In this document: positions 36,799 through 48,719 of the stretch, one piece after another
Layout of the letters: each line of letters starts with the position of its first letter
Position numbering within the stretch: position 1 is the first letter of the stretch
Origin: Mobula birostris
Taxonomy: Eukaryota
Assembly (NCBI RefSeq): GCF_030028105.1
Contig: NC_092386.1
Location: 35,084,347 to 35,148,346 of the forward strand
Direction: 5' to 3'
DNA: 64,000 nt
The notes under the pieces: model-generated
Told to the model about the DNA's origin: nothing
The model's input: the letters and a program-made list of their open reading frames with translations, nothing else
Database searches by the model: none
Made by a program: the position numbers and the translations under genes

Positions 36799-39111
36799 CT
36801 ATGGGACCCTTTACGATAAAGCAACGTTTTTGAAAATGAACAGATAGAGGAGTATAAAATTGGAAGGTTGAGAAAGTATTTGTCTGGACCCTTGCATACA
36901 AAATGCCAGTATTACATTGGGGGAGGGTGAAGACTACACAGGATTTAGAATTTTTGTGGAAGAACAAATATTGCAAACTCTAGAATTATGAATTTAATAA
37001 TGAGTCTGTTAATATATTTAAATGGAAGGAAGGGCTAAAGCATGCATTAGATTTCATCACATTGGATAGCTGTTAGCATAATGCTCTTGCTGCACCAGCG
37101 GCTGGGGTTCAACTCCATTCACTGCCTGTAGAGAATTTGTATGTTATTTCATTGAATGTGTGGGTTTCCTCTAGATGTTCCAGTTTCCTGCAAAGATATG
37201 TAGATTAGTAGAGTAACTGGTCACATTGGTGCAATTGGGTGGATTGGGCTTGTTGGACTGGAAGGGCCTGTTACTGTGTTCTATGTTAAAAAAATGTCTG
37301 ATTGAATTTTGGGCTAAGCATTTGTTATCTTGAAATGAAAGAAGTTTTGGAAGTATTCATTAGGTAAAATGAGTCACTGCAGTACAAGTCCAATCAACAC
37401 TTGCAGACACAACATTTGTGTGGCTGGTTCAATAGGCTTCTGGTCAATGGTAACCGCATGATTATTAATGGGAATTGACAATGGAAGCGTCAGGAGTAGA
37501 TTATTTAGTTTTCTTGTCAAAAATTATATTTCTATAGCATTATCAACTACGTCTGCAGGTATGCTAGCATGGACTGCTGCAATTTGAGTTGCATATCGAA
37601 TTGAAGACCACACAATTACCAAACATTTCACTTCTGATCTCATGCAGTAGTAAAGGTGGTTTTGGATTAGGGTGTTGCTCCAAGGAGCACCTGTAATAAT
37701 ATCCTTGGGCTGAAATGATTGACTTCTAATAACAACACTCTTCCTAGACCACAAGACACACAGAAGGAGCATAATTAGGCTTTTCAGCCCATTGAATCTG
37801 CTCCATGAGAAATAACTCAACTATTACAATGTTTGCTCTTTTGATGCCCAGTGAGGTCTATTTTACCAGAGTGCCTTGCTTCTGGAATTAATAATTTAGT
37901 TAATGATCTTTTGTCTGAACTGTTCTGATAGAAGGCCATGACTTGAAACATCCACTGCAGATGATGAGATAGTTACTTTCTGACTTAATGTTTTCTCTAA
38001 ACATTTTTTTAAAATTTCAGTATCATCAATCACTTGCTTTTAAAGTTTTCCAGGGTGTTTCATAAGATCCTTATCAGGAAAAAATCCATCACTGAGTCAC
38101 AAAAGAGACTTTGAGGCAATTGATCAAAGTATCAGTAAATGGTGAAAAGATAGAAAGTTTAATGGTAAATGTAAATTGAGAGAATAGTTTTGCATATCCC
38201 GAGCTGAACACCCTGTAAGGCATTATGGAATGTGCCGTATCCCCTTACGATGGGGATTTAGTGTTATAAAAACATTAAATCAGAACTGTTGTGCTATTGA
38301 TAAGACTATTAAACATAGGGGCAGAATTTGGCCACTCAGTCCATTGAGACAGCTCCACCATTCAATCATGGCTGACATATTTTTTTCCTCTGAACCACAT
38401 TCTCCTACCTGTAATCTCTGATGCACTTACCAACCTTTGCTTTAAATATATCCAGTGATTTGGTTCCACAGCCATCCGTGGCAATGAATTCCACAGATTC
38501 ACCATCCTCTGGCTAAAGAAATTTCTCTTCATCTCTGTCCTAAAGAATTACCCTTTTATTCTGGGGCAGTGCCCTCTGCTCCTAGACTCTCCCACGATTG
38601 GAAATATCCTCTCCGTATCCACTCTATCTAGGCCTTTCAATATTTGGTACATTTCAATGAGATCCCCCTCATTCTAAACTCAAGAGAGTACAGGCCCAGA
38701 GCCATCAAACACTCCTCAAACATTAACCATTTCATTCCCAGTATAATTTTCATAAATCTCCTTTAGACCCATTCTAATGTCTGTACATTCTTTCTTAGGT
38801 ATGGAGTCCAAAACTGTTCACAATACTTCAAATGTGGTCTGACTAATGCATTATAAAGTCTCAGCAATATCTTCTGAATTACACCCAGAAACTCCAGCTA
38901 TTACTGCTCATCTGTCATCCCTGTTAGTGTTTCCTTCAAATCAACTTTGGTCAGCTCCTCTTTCATGCACCTGCAGTTCCCTTTATTCAAAGGTAATATG
39001 TAGACATCAGATTTAGTTAAAGTTCAAGTGTATTGTCATTTCAACTGTGCACATGTATACTGCCAAATAGAATGACATTCCTCCAGACCAAGGTGCATAA
39101 CACAGTATGTA

Positions 39112-39985
39112 TGTAGCCTGGGGAAAAGTACACGCTCAGGACAACAAATACTTTTTTGGGTTTTAATTCCTTTATCTGTTTTAGATGTTTAAGTGCCAGA
39201 AGAGGGTTGCAAAACAAAACGAACGAATTTATAACCAGTTCTTGCCGTTACAATCTCAGTTTAACTTTCGATCCACACCCTCGTGTATGGACAGAATTGC
39301 GTATGCAGTATAAAATTACCAGAACTAATACCGTACTGATACGGAAGTGGCAATTCTGAAGGAACACAATACAAACATTAGAATCCCACCCACCCTGCAT
39401 CTTATACATAACAGCGAAAAATGTAAGCGAGTACATCTCATCTAAGACGTACACACGCGCTGAACTTCCGAACAGAGATTAAACATTCACGTTATGCAGT
39501 TACATGCACAATCAGTCCTGATACAATGAAGTTAGACAAAAGGTAAACTTTGGCACAACTTTTACAAGGTATTGCCTGGTAGTTAAATTACGGGAAGACT
39601 GACCTACTTGGATAGTGAGGAACTTTGTATAAGCCACGCTACCCAGCGTTGATTTCTTCACTCGTGGAAATCTAAAGTATCCACATGTAAAACATGTCAA
39701 ATTACCAATATTCTCGATCCGCCAACAAGCATAAACGAATTCACATGGATATTGTCAATTAATGCTCACCTTTCCTCACCATGCCCAGTCTCTGGGAGGA
39801 AGTCAATTCCAACGCCCCACCAGCGTCTTCAGCAGAAACAAAATGGTCTCCTCAGTATCCCGTGCGTGCGTAATGACATCACTATTTCCCTTAAAGGCAC
39901 AGACAACTATTCTAGCATTACCCGGATGGATGCCCAAGTACACTTTTAACGATACTAAATAGGATTTGACGGTCACCCAGTTACA
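39112..39985 (-). mobile_element. Solo LTR (Gypsy-like), 874 bp
   Basis: TGTA...TACA ends with short inverted repeats (tgtagcctggg / cccagttaca); 4-bp flanks tgta/tgtg; minus-strand ATTAAA near its 3' end; CpG-rich; cleanly interrupts another repeat. Confidence 0.7.
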
Positions 39986-40086
39986 TGTGTAACTCACACA
40001 CAACACATAATATTACCACAAATAAATTAACAAATAATAAGGTTCATTTACATCACAGGTTAAACAGTATAATGTTACTGGTACCT

Positions 40087-40943
40087 CATGGAGTACAGAG
40101 AGGAAATTAAGGACCTGGTGGCATGGTGCGAAGACAATAACCTATCCCTCAACGTCAGCAAGACGAAGGAATTGGTTGGTGACTTCAGAAGGAGTAGCGG
40201 ACCGCACAACCCAATTTTTATCAGTGGTGCGCAAGTGGAACAGGTCAAAAGCTTTAAGTTCCTCGGGGTCAATATCACAAATGACCTGACTTGGTCCAAC
40301 CAAGCAGAGTCCACTGCCAAGAAGGCCCACCAGTGCCTTTATTTCCTGAGAAAACTAAAGAAATTTGGCCTGTCCACTAAAACCCTCACTAATTTTTATA
40401 GATGCACCGTAGAAAGCATTCTTCTAGGGTGCATCACAACCTGGTATGGAAGTTGTCCTGCCCGAGGCCGGAGGAAGCTGCAGAGGATCGTGGACACGGC
40501 GCAGCACATCACACAAACCAATCTTCCGTCCTTGGACTCACTTTACACAGCACACTGTCGGAGCAGTGCTGCAAGGATAATCAAGGACACGACCCACCCA
40601 GCCAACACACTTTTCGTCCCTCTTCCCTCTGGGAGAAGGCTCAGGAGCCTGAAGACTTGTACAACCAGATTTGGGAACAGCTTCTTTCCAACTGTGATAA
40701 GACTGCTGAACGGATCCTGACCCAAATCTGAGCTGTACACTCCAAATATTTGGACCTGCATCTCGGTTTTTTTTGCACTACCTTACTTTCCATTTTTCTA
40801 TTTTCTAATTATGATTTATAATTTAAATTTTTAATATTTACTATCGATTTGTAATCCAGGGAGCAGGAAGCGCAGAATCAAATATCGCTGTGATGATTGT
40901 AGGTTCTAGTATCAATTGTTTGGCGACAATAAAGTATAAAGTA
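40087..40943 (+). mobile_element. Young Rex/Babar-type LINE 3' portion with an uninterrupted 210-aa C-terminal ORF and 3'UTR
   Basis: WCEDNNLSLNVSKTKELVGDFRR, FKFLGV, PSGRRLRS..RFGNSFFP; aataaagtataaagta tail. Confidence 0.85.
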
Positions 40944-43269
40944 CATATGGTGAAACCTGGGTGGTGGCATTCACCCCTAGCTTCTCCTTCTCAAACTGCA
41001 AAACAAGTTCTATCATATTATCATATTATGATCATTGCATCCTAAGGGTTCTTTTGCCTTAAACTCTCTAATCAAATCTGGCTCATTACACAACATCTAA
41101 TCTAGAATTGCCTTTTTCCTAGTGGGCTCGGCAACAATGCTCTAAAAATCCTTGCCGTAGGCATTCTGCAAATTCTTTTTCTTGGGATCTATCATCAACT
41201 TGGTTTTCTCAATCTGCCTGCAAATTGAAATTCCCCCATGACCATTGTAACATTATCCCTTTCAGTCTCCCATTGTAATTCCTACCCCACATCCTGGCGA
41301 CCAGTTGAACTCCTGTCAGGGTCTTCTTACCTTCACGGTTTCTCAGCTCTACCAATAAGGACTCTACGTATCTGATTCTATGTCACTTCTTTCTAAAGAT
41401 TTGATTTGATTTTTCATCAATGCTACCCCACTCCTCTGCCCAACTAACTGCCTGTCTTTTCAATATAATGTGTTATCACTGGATGTTTAACTATTAGCTA
41501 TGATCTTCTTTCAACCACAACTCAGTGATAGCCACATCCTACCTGTAAATTTCTATTTGTACTACAAGATTATTTATTTTATTTTGTATAAACCATGTAT
41601 TCAGATATCACACCGTCAGTCCTGTATTCACCATCTTTCCTTTTGATTTTGTCTCCATGTTCCCTGAAGTTAAATTCCTATCCCTTCTAATTTTTTTTGT
41701 CTTATTCTTTATTATGGAGACTTCAATAACCTTCCCTGATTTTCTTTTCACACTTTTCCAAGCAGTTATATCAACCCCTCTACTATTAAGTTTAAAGGCC
41801 CTATCCACAGCCCTAGTGGTGTGATTCGCCAGGACCCTAGTCCCAGCATAATTCAAGTGGAGCTTATCCCATCAGAACAGTTCCCCCCTTCTCCAATACT
41901 GGTGCCAATATCAAACCCAGTTCTCCCACACCAATCTTTGATCACAGTCATGGTTGATGTATCCCATTTTCCTGCATTATCATAGAGTAATAAAGCACAG
42001 ATATGGATTCTCTGGGTCAACTCATCCATGCTGAATGAGTTTCATTTGCCTGTGTTTGGCCACACTCCTCTAAACCTTTCAGATTCATCTACCTGTCCAA
42101 ATGTATTGCACCTGCCTAAACCAACTTCTCTGATGGCACACTCCAAATATACCCCATCCTCCGTATGAAAAAGGTACCCCCTCAGATTCTATTTAAATTG
42201 TTTCCTTCTCATCATAAACTTACACCCTGTACTTTTTGCTTCCACTTTCCTGGGAAAAAAAGACAATATATTCACCCTTTCTATAGCCCTCATTATTTCA
42301 ATACACCACTATAAGTTCACATTTCAGTCTTGCTGCTCAAACGAATATAGTCCTAGCTTGGCTAGCCTCTCCCTGTGACCCAAGCCTTTGAGTCCCAGCA
42401 ATACTTTTTGAGATAGATAGCACATGCATACAATGCTCCCTCGGTCGACATCTTCTGGATAGACCACAAAACTGTTTATTTCACTTCTTTTGTGTCTTTT
42501 TTTCCCCCATCTTAAATGTGTTTCTGGAAGTGTTAGAGCCTGTGATTTACAGTTTGGAGATCGATTGAGTGATTAATCCAAGAAAATTCCAGGAAGCAGG
42601 CACAAGTCTCAAAGTGATGAAACTACGAGACTGGCTACACTCGGAGGGTAGGTCTCTATGACCAAGCGGTGTCTCCCTCTTTCAGTGATGTCAGAGGATG
42701 TTACCAAGTTTCTGCATTAATGGATTTGGACTATTATGGTTTTTGTATTGTGTTGTTACCCTTTCTTTCTCGTTTTTTTGTGCAGGGGGGAGTGGTGTTT
42801 GGTGTTTGAAGTTTGATGTTCTTGTTGCAATTTTATTAGTTTTTTTTGTGCAGGGGAGAGGGATTTGAGGGCCTATATTGTTGTTGCGTTGTGTGTGGGG
42901 AAGGAGGAATTGGGGGCCAATGTTCTTGTTGTGTTTCATGCAGGGCAAGGGAAAGGGGTTGGGGGGGTGTTGATGGTGTTGCCTTTTTTTGAGTGGAGGC
43001 TGGGCTTCTCTTTGAACTCATTGCATGGTTTCCTTTGGTGGCTATCTGGAGAAGAATCTCAGAGTTGTATACTGCATACATTGATAATAAATTAACCTTT
43101 GAGTCTTTTTAAAAAATGTTGTAAGTTTTTGCACTCTCATTCCTCATTCTGAGACTGTAATACCCTATTTCTAAGACAGTAAAGGGAAACGTCCTCTTTT
43201 CATTCAGCCTATCTAGCGCTATAAAAGCTTGCAAATTTCAATCAGATCTCTTAATGTTATAAACTCCAG

Positions 43270-44590
43270 AGAATTACAGACCTCGTCTCGCACTGTCACG
43301 TCATAGAGAAAAACCTTAGAACCAATTTAGTTACTATCCACTGCACTCCCCCTGGCATGCAAATCCGTTTTCAGCCAAGACCACAAGCATATAGTACACA
43401 CTACCTCAAGTGCATTCTCGCGAACGCAAAACGACCGGGGTGAAAACTAGATGCTCTCATAACCCCAAGTCCCTAAAAAAAATCTTGTCGCTTCAAATCG
43501 CCTGCGGTAGTTTCCTGTATCATTAGTGACCTCAAGAGGGCAGAAACGCTGAGTAACTGTAAACAAATTCGATTTCAAAAAGCAGAGGATGAAGAGTTCT
43601 GTAGAAACAAATGAGGGGATGCGGAGGGTTAAAACTGCGACAAGAAAAAGCAGCATTCATCCTTAACTATTATGAAAACAGTAAACCCCAGACTCGGGGA
43701 TGCATTCAGGCCACAGGAGGTTTCACTTCACAGCCTGCAGATGACGGCTTTATTACTCACAAACGCCAGTTGAGTGTGAGGAAGTGAGGGCCAGGGTGCG
43801 GCGACTCCCACGCTGAGAGGTGCGGCCTGCATTTGCTCCAAATTGTTCCGGAAGGTTCTGGATTTTTCGGGCCGCGTTCCAGCGACTGCTAGCGCCCGCC
43901 TGCTAAATTACTTCAGCACGATCAATAGTAAAACGGCGCCTCAGCCCGCCGCAAGCAGTCAATATGCATCTCCACGCCTCTACCTTGGCGGTTGCAGAAA
44001 ATATTTTCAAAGGCTGAATTTGTGCGTTGAGTATGGGTCACGTAATTAGCGTCGGAAAATTGCGGGTCATTGGGACTTTAAATGGTTAAATACCGAAAAA
44101 TTCACAAGCGCTTTAACAAATAAGTGTTTCCAAGGTTGGTGCGTGTTTGTGTACGAGTCCTGGCATAAGCATTATACAGTGACTAAAGTTCATTTTGATA
44201 TATAAAATACAACAGCATTCTACAGTATCTGTTGGCATGTGCGTTTTGGCTGGGAGAGAAAACACGGGACGGGCCATGTTGTCACAGGCAGGATGTGCAG
44301 GCTGCACCAGAGGTCACGCTGTACCTCGACCTAGCACGAAGGCCTTTCCTCTAATGTATCTGTTAATGTGAATAAGGAGAATTGTAGAGGATGTTAGAAT
44401 GCTCAATATGTGATTAAGAAATCTAATAACATCAGCTGAGAAAGATGCATACTGAACAGGACCCACATGTTACAACAGACACTTGAAGCTCTCTTTAAGA
44501 GTATTTGGCTCCCATTAAACAACATTGCAGCCTCAAACCTTAAGACCCACTTCCGGGCAATGTAATTCCCAGGGTTCAGGTGAGCAAATG
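43270..44590. promoter_or_regulatory. CpG-rich putative promoter of MFSD3
   Basis: Local CpG enrichment in non-repeat DNA against a CpG-depleted background. ETS-type TTCCGGAAG (~43846) and ACTTCCGG (44549), TCTCGCGA (~43416), GTCACGT (~44036). Candidate + strand UTR donor CAG|gtgagc at 44579/44580. Confidence 0.65.
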
Positions 44591-45249
44591 AGTTTTGCAG
44601 AACTGATACTGCCACTGCACAGTAGCATAAGGGTTAGCACAATATTTACAATACTGGCGACCCAGGTTCAATTCCTGCCGCTGTCCTGTAAGGAATTGTA
44701 CGTTATCCCTGTGACCGTGTGGGTTTCCTCTGTGTGCTTCAGTCCTTCCAGTCCAAAGATCTACCAGTAAGTTAATTGGTCATTGTAAATTATCCTTTGA
44801 TTAGGTTAGGGTTAAATCGCTGGGCCATGTGGTTTGAAGGGCCTGGCCTAGTCCATACTGTATCTCAGATAAATGAATATACTTAGTAGCCTCTGCGTAT
44901 ATGCTGCAGTGAGCACATTTTTTGTTGGGGGGGGGCCATAACTGGTGCACATATCCAATTTTAGCTTAAACCAGTTCACATAATATTCAAAACATCAGTA
45001 TGCAATCAACACTCCCCCGCCCCCATACTATTTTCTTTATATTGCAGGAGCTATTCAGCCCAACAGATCTATGCAGGCTTTTACAGCCAATCCTTCAATA
45101 CCATTACTCCACTTATATTTGTGCAGCATATTCTCTCAGCTATGCTTATTAATCACACAAGGTCTTCTACCACTCAGGTAAATTATATTACCAATTAACC
45201 TATCAACATTTTGTTAAGATGACAGAAGATGGAAAGAGTTATAGGGGTA

Positions 45250-45560
45250 AAAGCAACACTCACTACACGCTGGAGGAACTCAGCAGGTCAGGCAACATCC
45301 GTGGAAAAGATCAGTCAACGTTTCAGGCCAGAACCCTTCATCAAGACTGAGGAGGGAAGGGGCAGAGGCCCTATAAGGAGGGTGGGAAGGAGAAGGCTGG
45401 TAGGTTCCAGGTGAAAAACCAGTAAGGGGAAAGATAAAGGGGTGGGGGAGGGGAAGCAGGGAGGTGATAGGCAGGAAAGGTGAAGAAGAAATAGGGGAAA
45501 ACACAATGAAGGAGGCGGAACCATGAGGGAGGTAATAGGCAGCTGGGGGAGGGGGCAGAG
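45250..45560 (-). mobile_element. Penelope-like terminal repeat with a hammerhead motif (second copy at ~45955-46410)
   Basis: Reverse-complement homologue of 4570-4828. Confidence 0.75.
45311..45350 (-). ncRNA. Minimal type-I hammerhead ribozyme motif, degenerate
   Basis: Minus strand reads tcagtc-TTGATGA-agg(gttctgg)cct-GAAA-cg-tt-gactga: stem I is perfect, stem II has 3 bp, and both the core C and the cleavage-site C are changed to T. Confidence 0.6.
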
Positions 45561-46109
45561 TATTTTGAGTTATAGGGGTAACCAATGTGTTCACAAGACA
45601 TCTTTGCAGATGACCTCAGCTTTGCACAACTGTATTACTCTTTCTTCTCCTCCCCACCCATAAGCAGATTAAAGGCCCTGCCCTGATCTTTCAACCTATC
45701 CCTCCTTTTGAATACCCTGTTCTCGGATTGGTTTCCTGTGTCACCCTCCTACTTTAACCATTGTTGGAGGAGTTTTTCTGGTCTATGATAACTGATGCTA
45801 AATTCTAACCCTCTTAAAATATTTCTCATCGAATGAAACCAATATTGGTTACTAGTCTGTTTAGTTGTCTGTGCAAATGGAAGTTATTTTTCAATAAGTC
45901 CATGTGGGAGGAAAGGCAGAAAAAAAGTTCAGTTTGTAGGTCTGCTGATGCTGGGCAACACACGCAAAATGCTTGAGGAACTCAGCAGGTCAGGCAGCAT
46001 CTTTTGGTGGGGGGTAATAAACAGAGAACATCTTGGGCCTGGACCCTTCAAGACTGGAAACGAAGGGGGCAGAAGCAAGAATAAGAATGTGAGGGGAGAG
46101 GAAGCTGGC

Positions 46110-46191
46110 AGGTGATAGGTCAGACTGGTGAGGGGAAAGTAAGTAGGCAGAGGTGATAGGTCAGACTGGTGAGGGGAAAGTAAGTAGGCAG
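46110..46191 (+). repeat. Perfect 41-bp tandem duplication
   Basis: aggtgataggtcagactggtgaggggaaagtaagtaggcag x2. Confidence 0.9.
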
Positions 46192-47206
46192 AGGGTGGGT
46201 GTGTGGGAGCGAAAGGGATGAAGAGAAAGCTGGGAGGCAGTAGGTGGAAGAGGTAAATGGCGAAAGAAGGAACCTAATAGGACAGGACAGTGGACCATAG
46301 CAGAGAGGAAAGGAGAGGAACCAGAGGGCAGGTGAGAAAAGAAGGAGTGACAGGGTAACCATGATGGGGAATAGAAAAAGAGAGAAGGGGGGAGGTGGAG
46401 GGGAGATCACTTTATAGAATTATTATTTAGCATGCCACATCTCTCTGATTTCCAAATTTAACCTGTTTTAATACATCTCAAAATTAAAAATAAATGAATT
46501 AGAGTTTGAATACTTTAAATATTTAAATTCCATGTTTTTTCTGAAGTAGTAACCTTAGTTGACAGCTTTCTCAAATACAAAAAAAAAAGCTTTTAAGATT
46601 TCATGCTATTTCTGTTTAATTTTGTTTGGAAAGAATGAAATAATGAGCATTCAGTAACTTAGTGATGTTCATTTCAAAGTGCTTTACAGCCAAATGATTA
46701 CGTTGTCAGTAACTGCTGAGCAAGCCTCTATAATTCCACAAACAAATTGAAATAAATGGCAAGTTCAGCTAGTTTGCTGTAGCTAACTTAGATTGCAGTG
46801 TAAGCTTTTGGATTAGAATATTTTTTTGCAAAGGTAAAAATGTAATCGATATGAACAGTGCCTTTGCTAGGAGATGTTATGTAGTTAACTCTTACCATTA
46901 CCATTAGGTTTGAGCTAGTTCATCTTTTTGTGTTGATTAGGATTTTTATCAGCTCACATATGGCAGCTCAGCTTCAGTACCCTCAGTTATCTAATTATAA
47001 TACTCTTTAACATTTTATTCTTAATAACCCTAGACTACCAAAATTAATTTGAAATCATTTTGTCTATAAAGGTAGTGATGTTGTAGAGTTTAATATAAAA
47101 AATATTACTGCAGTTTTTAAAGAAGCATTTTTTTGTTGCAGATATTGAATTCATCACAGGTTTACAAGGAACTGGATACTTTTACTGTGGATGACATCCA
47201 TTTGAA

Positions 47207-47876
47207 ATGGCACCCTTTAAACTGAAATTATTTGGTTTACTGTACTTTGTACAGGGAATGCCCTACGGATTACAGTCCAGTTTACTCCCAATCTACCTGC
47301 GAACATCTGGACTCACATTTACAAAAATTAGCTTGACCAAGTTGTTGTATTTTCCCTGGTTGCTGAAGATACTATGGGCTCCATTTGTGGATCAATATGG
47401 AACAAAACGGAAATGGCTGTTGTGCAGCATGTTTGGACTGTTTTTATGCTGCTTAGTAATGTCTAGACTGACTCCAGCTGTGGACTTCCCAGCAATGGCT
47501 TTCATCTTGCTCCTGATGAACTTTTTTGCTTCAGTTCAAGATATTGCTGTAGATGGCATTGCAGTTCATTTGCTTAGCAGTGAGGATATTGGCTATGGCA
47601 ATACCATCCAAGTTGTGGCTTATAAAATGGGCTCTCTTCTTGCAGGAGCAGGGCTTTTAACGGTGATGGACTATATTGGCTGGAATACGGTTTTCGTAGT
47701 ATTCTGTTTTGCCTATGTTATAGCTATCATTATTTCCTATTTCACACCTGAACTAGAAGATACTTCTGAAGCAAAAAACAGATTATTTGTGCTGAAACCC
47801 TGCAAAATATTGGGAGAAGTCCTTAAAGTGCCTGGAACAATTTGGAATCTAATTTATGTCATCATCTACAAATTAG
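47207..47876 (+). CDS. MFSD3: Major facilitator superfamily domain-containing protein 3, first coding exon (223 codons + 1 nt); gene continues beyond the window
   Basis: LYFVQGMPYGLQS, PWLLKILWAPFVD, QDIAVDGIAV, GNTIQVVAYKMG and VPGTIW...YKLG match MFSD3 (AT-1/AmpG-like MFS). Acceptor ttttttgttgcAG at 47141 implies an upstream UTR exon; donor TAG|gtgagt at 47877. Confidence 0.95.
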
Positions 47877-48674
47877 GTGAGTGTATTATGCATAATTATA
47901 CGTAAGTAATGATTTTTGAATTCTACTAAAAATCCTTGCCTGGAAGTGATTGCTTTGTCTTTGCTTTAGAATCAAGTTAGCACATTTCCCTTGTTTTCAA
48001 AAATCATTCCATTAATTTAAAAGATCTTCAAGCTGAAATGTTTGCTTTGATGCTACCTGATCTGCTGAGTATTAAGTGTTTTTTCATAGTTATTCATGGA
48101 AGGAGGTTGTTTAACCTGATAAACTGGAAAGTGTACAGAGGAGATTTACAAGAATGTTGGCTCAACTCAGGGCACTGAGTTATGAGAGAGGTTGAGAACG
48201 TTGGGACTTCTTTCATTAAATGGCAGGAGGATGGGTTGGAGCAATTTGAAAGGGAATAGTCAGGGTGAAACTGCAGAGACCTTTACCTACCGTTGGGAAT
48301 CAAAATCTTAAGGGCATAGGTTTAAAGTGAGGGACAACTTTTTCCACACAGAGTGGGAATAAGCTCTCTGAGGAAATGATTAAATCAGGTACTTTGACAA
48401 CACTTAAAAGATACTTGGACAGGTATACATTTTTTTTAAACTGGTATAGTACGGTTAGGAAAAGTTTAGTGGGATTTGGGCAGATAGGACTAACAGATGA
48501 GAAACTTGGTTGGCATGGACCAGTTAGGTCAAAGGGCCTGTTTCAATGTTGTGTGACTCTATGTTGGGTGTCATCAGTCCCAATATTTCCCTGGAAAATA
48601 TTCTCTTTCACATCCCTGATACTCCCATCCCCCATCTTCCTATCTCCCTCCCCCCTCCAGCTCCCTTCCTCCTC

Positions 48675-48675
<1 letters not shown>

Positions 48676-48717
<42 letters not shown>
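48676..48717 (+). repeat. (AC)21 microsatellite
   Basis: Direct reading. Confidence 0.95.

Positions 48718-48719
<2 letters not shown>

Larger units (their letters stand above)
38300..41945 (-). mobile_element. CR1 fragments (38300-38870; 38880-39015 resuming at 40978-41945) hosting nested insertions
   Basis: Minus-strand CR1 3' end and endonuclease/ORF1-region sequence, interrupted between catcagatttag and cttctccttctcaaactg. Confidence 0.7.

Noticed and set aside
39200-39960. CpG-rich patch as a host-gene CpG island
   Set aside because: It lies exactly within TGTA..TACA boundaries that interrupt another repeat, so a solo LTR explains it better.
40088-40720. Intact 210-aa ORF as a possible domesticated gene
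   Set aside because: C-terminal part of a young Rex/Babar LINE with its 3'UTR; the ATG arises at the insertion junction.
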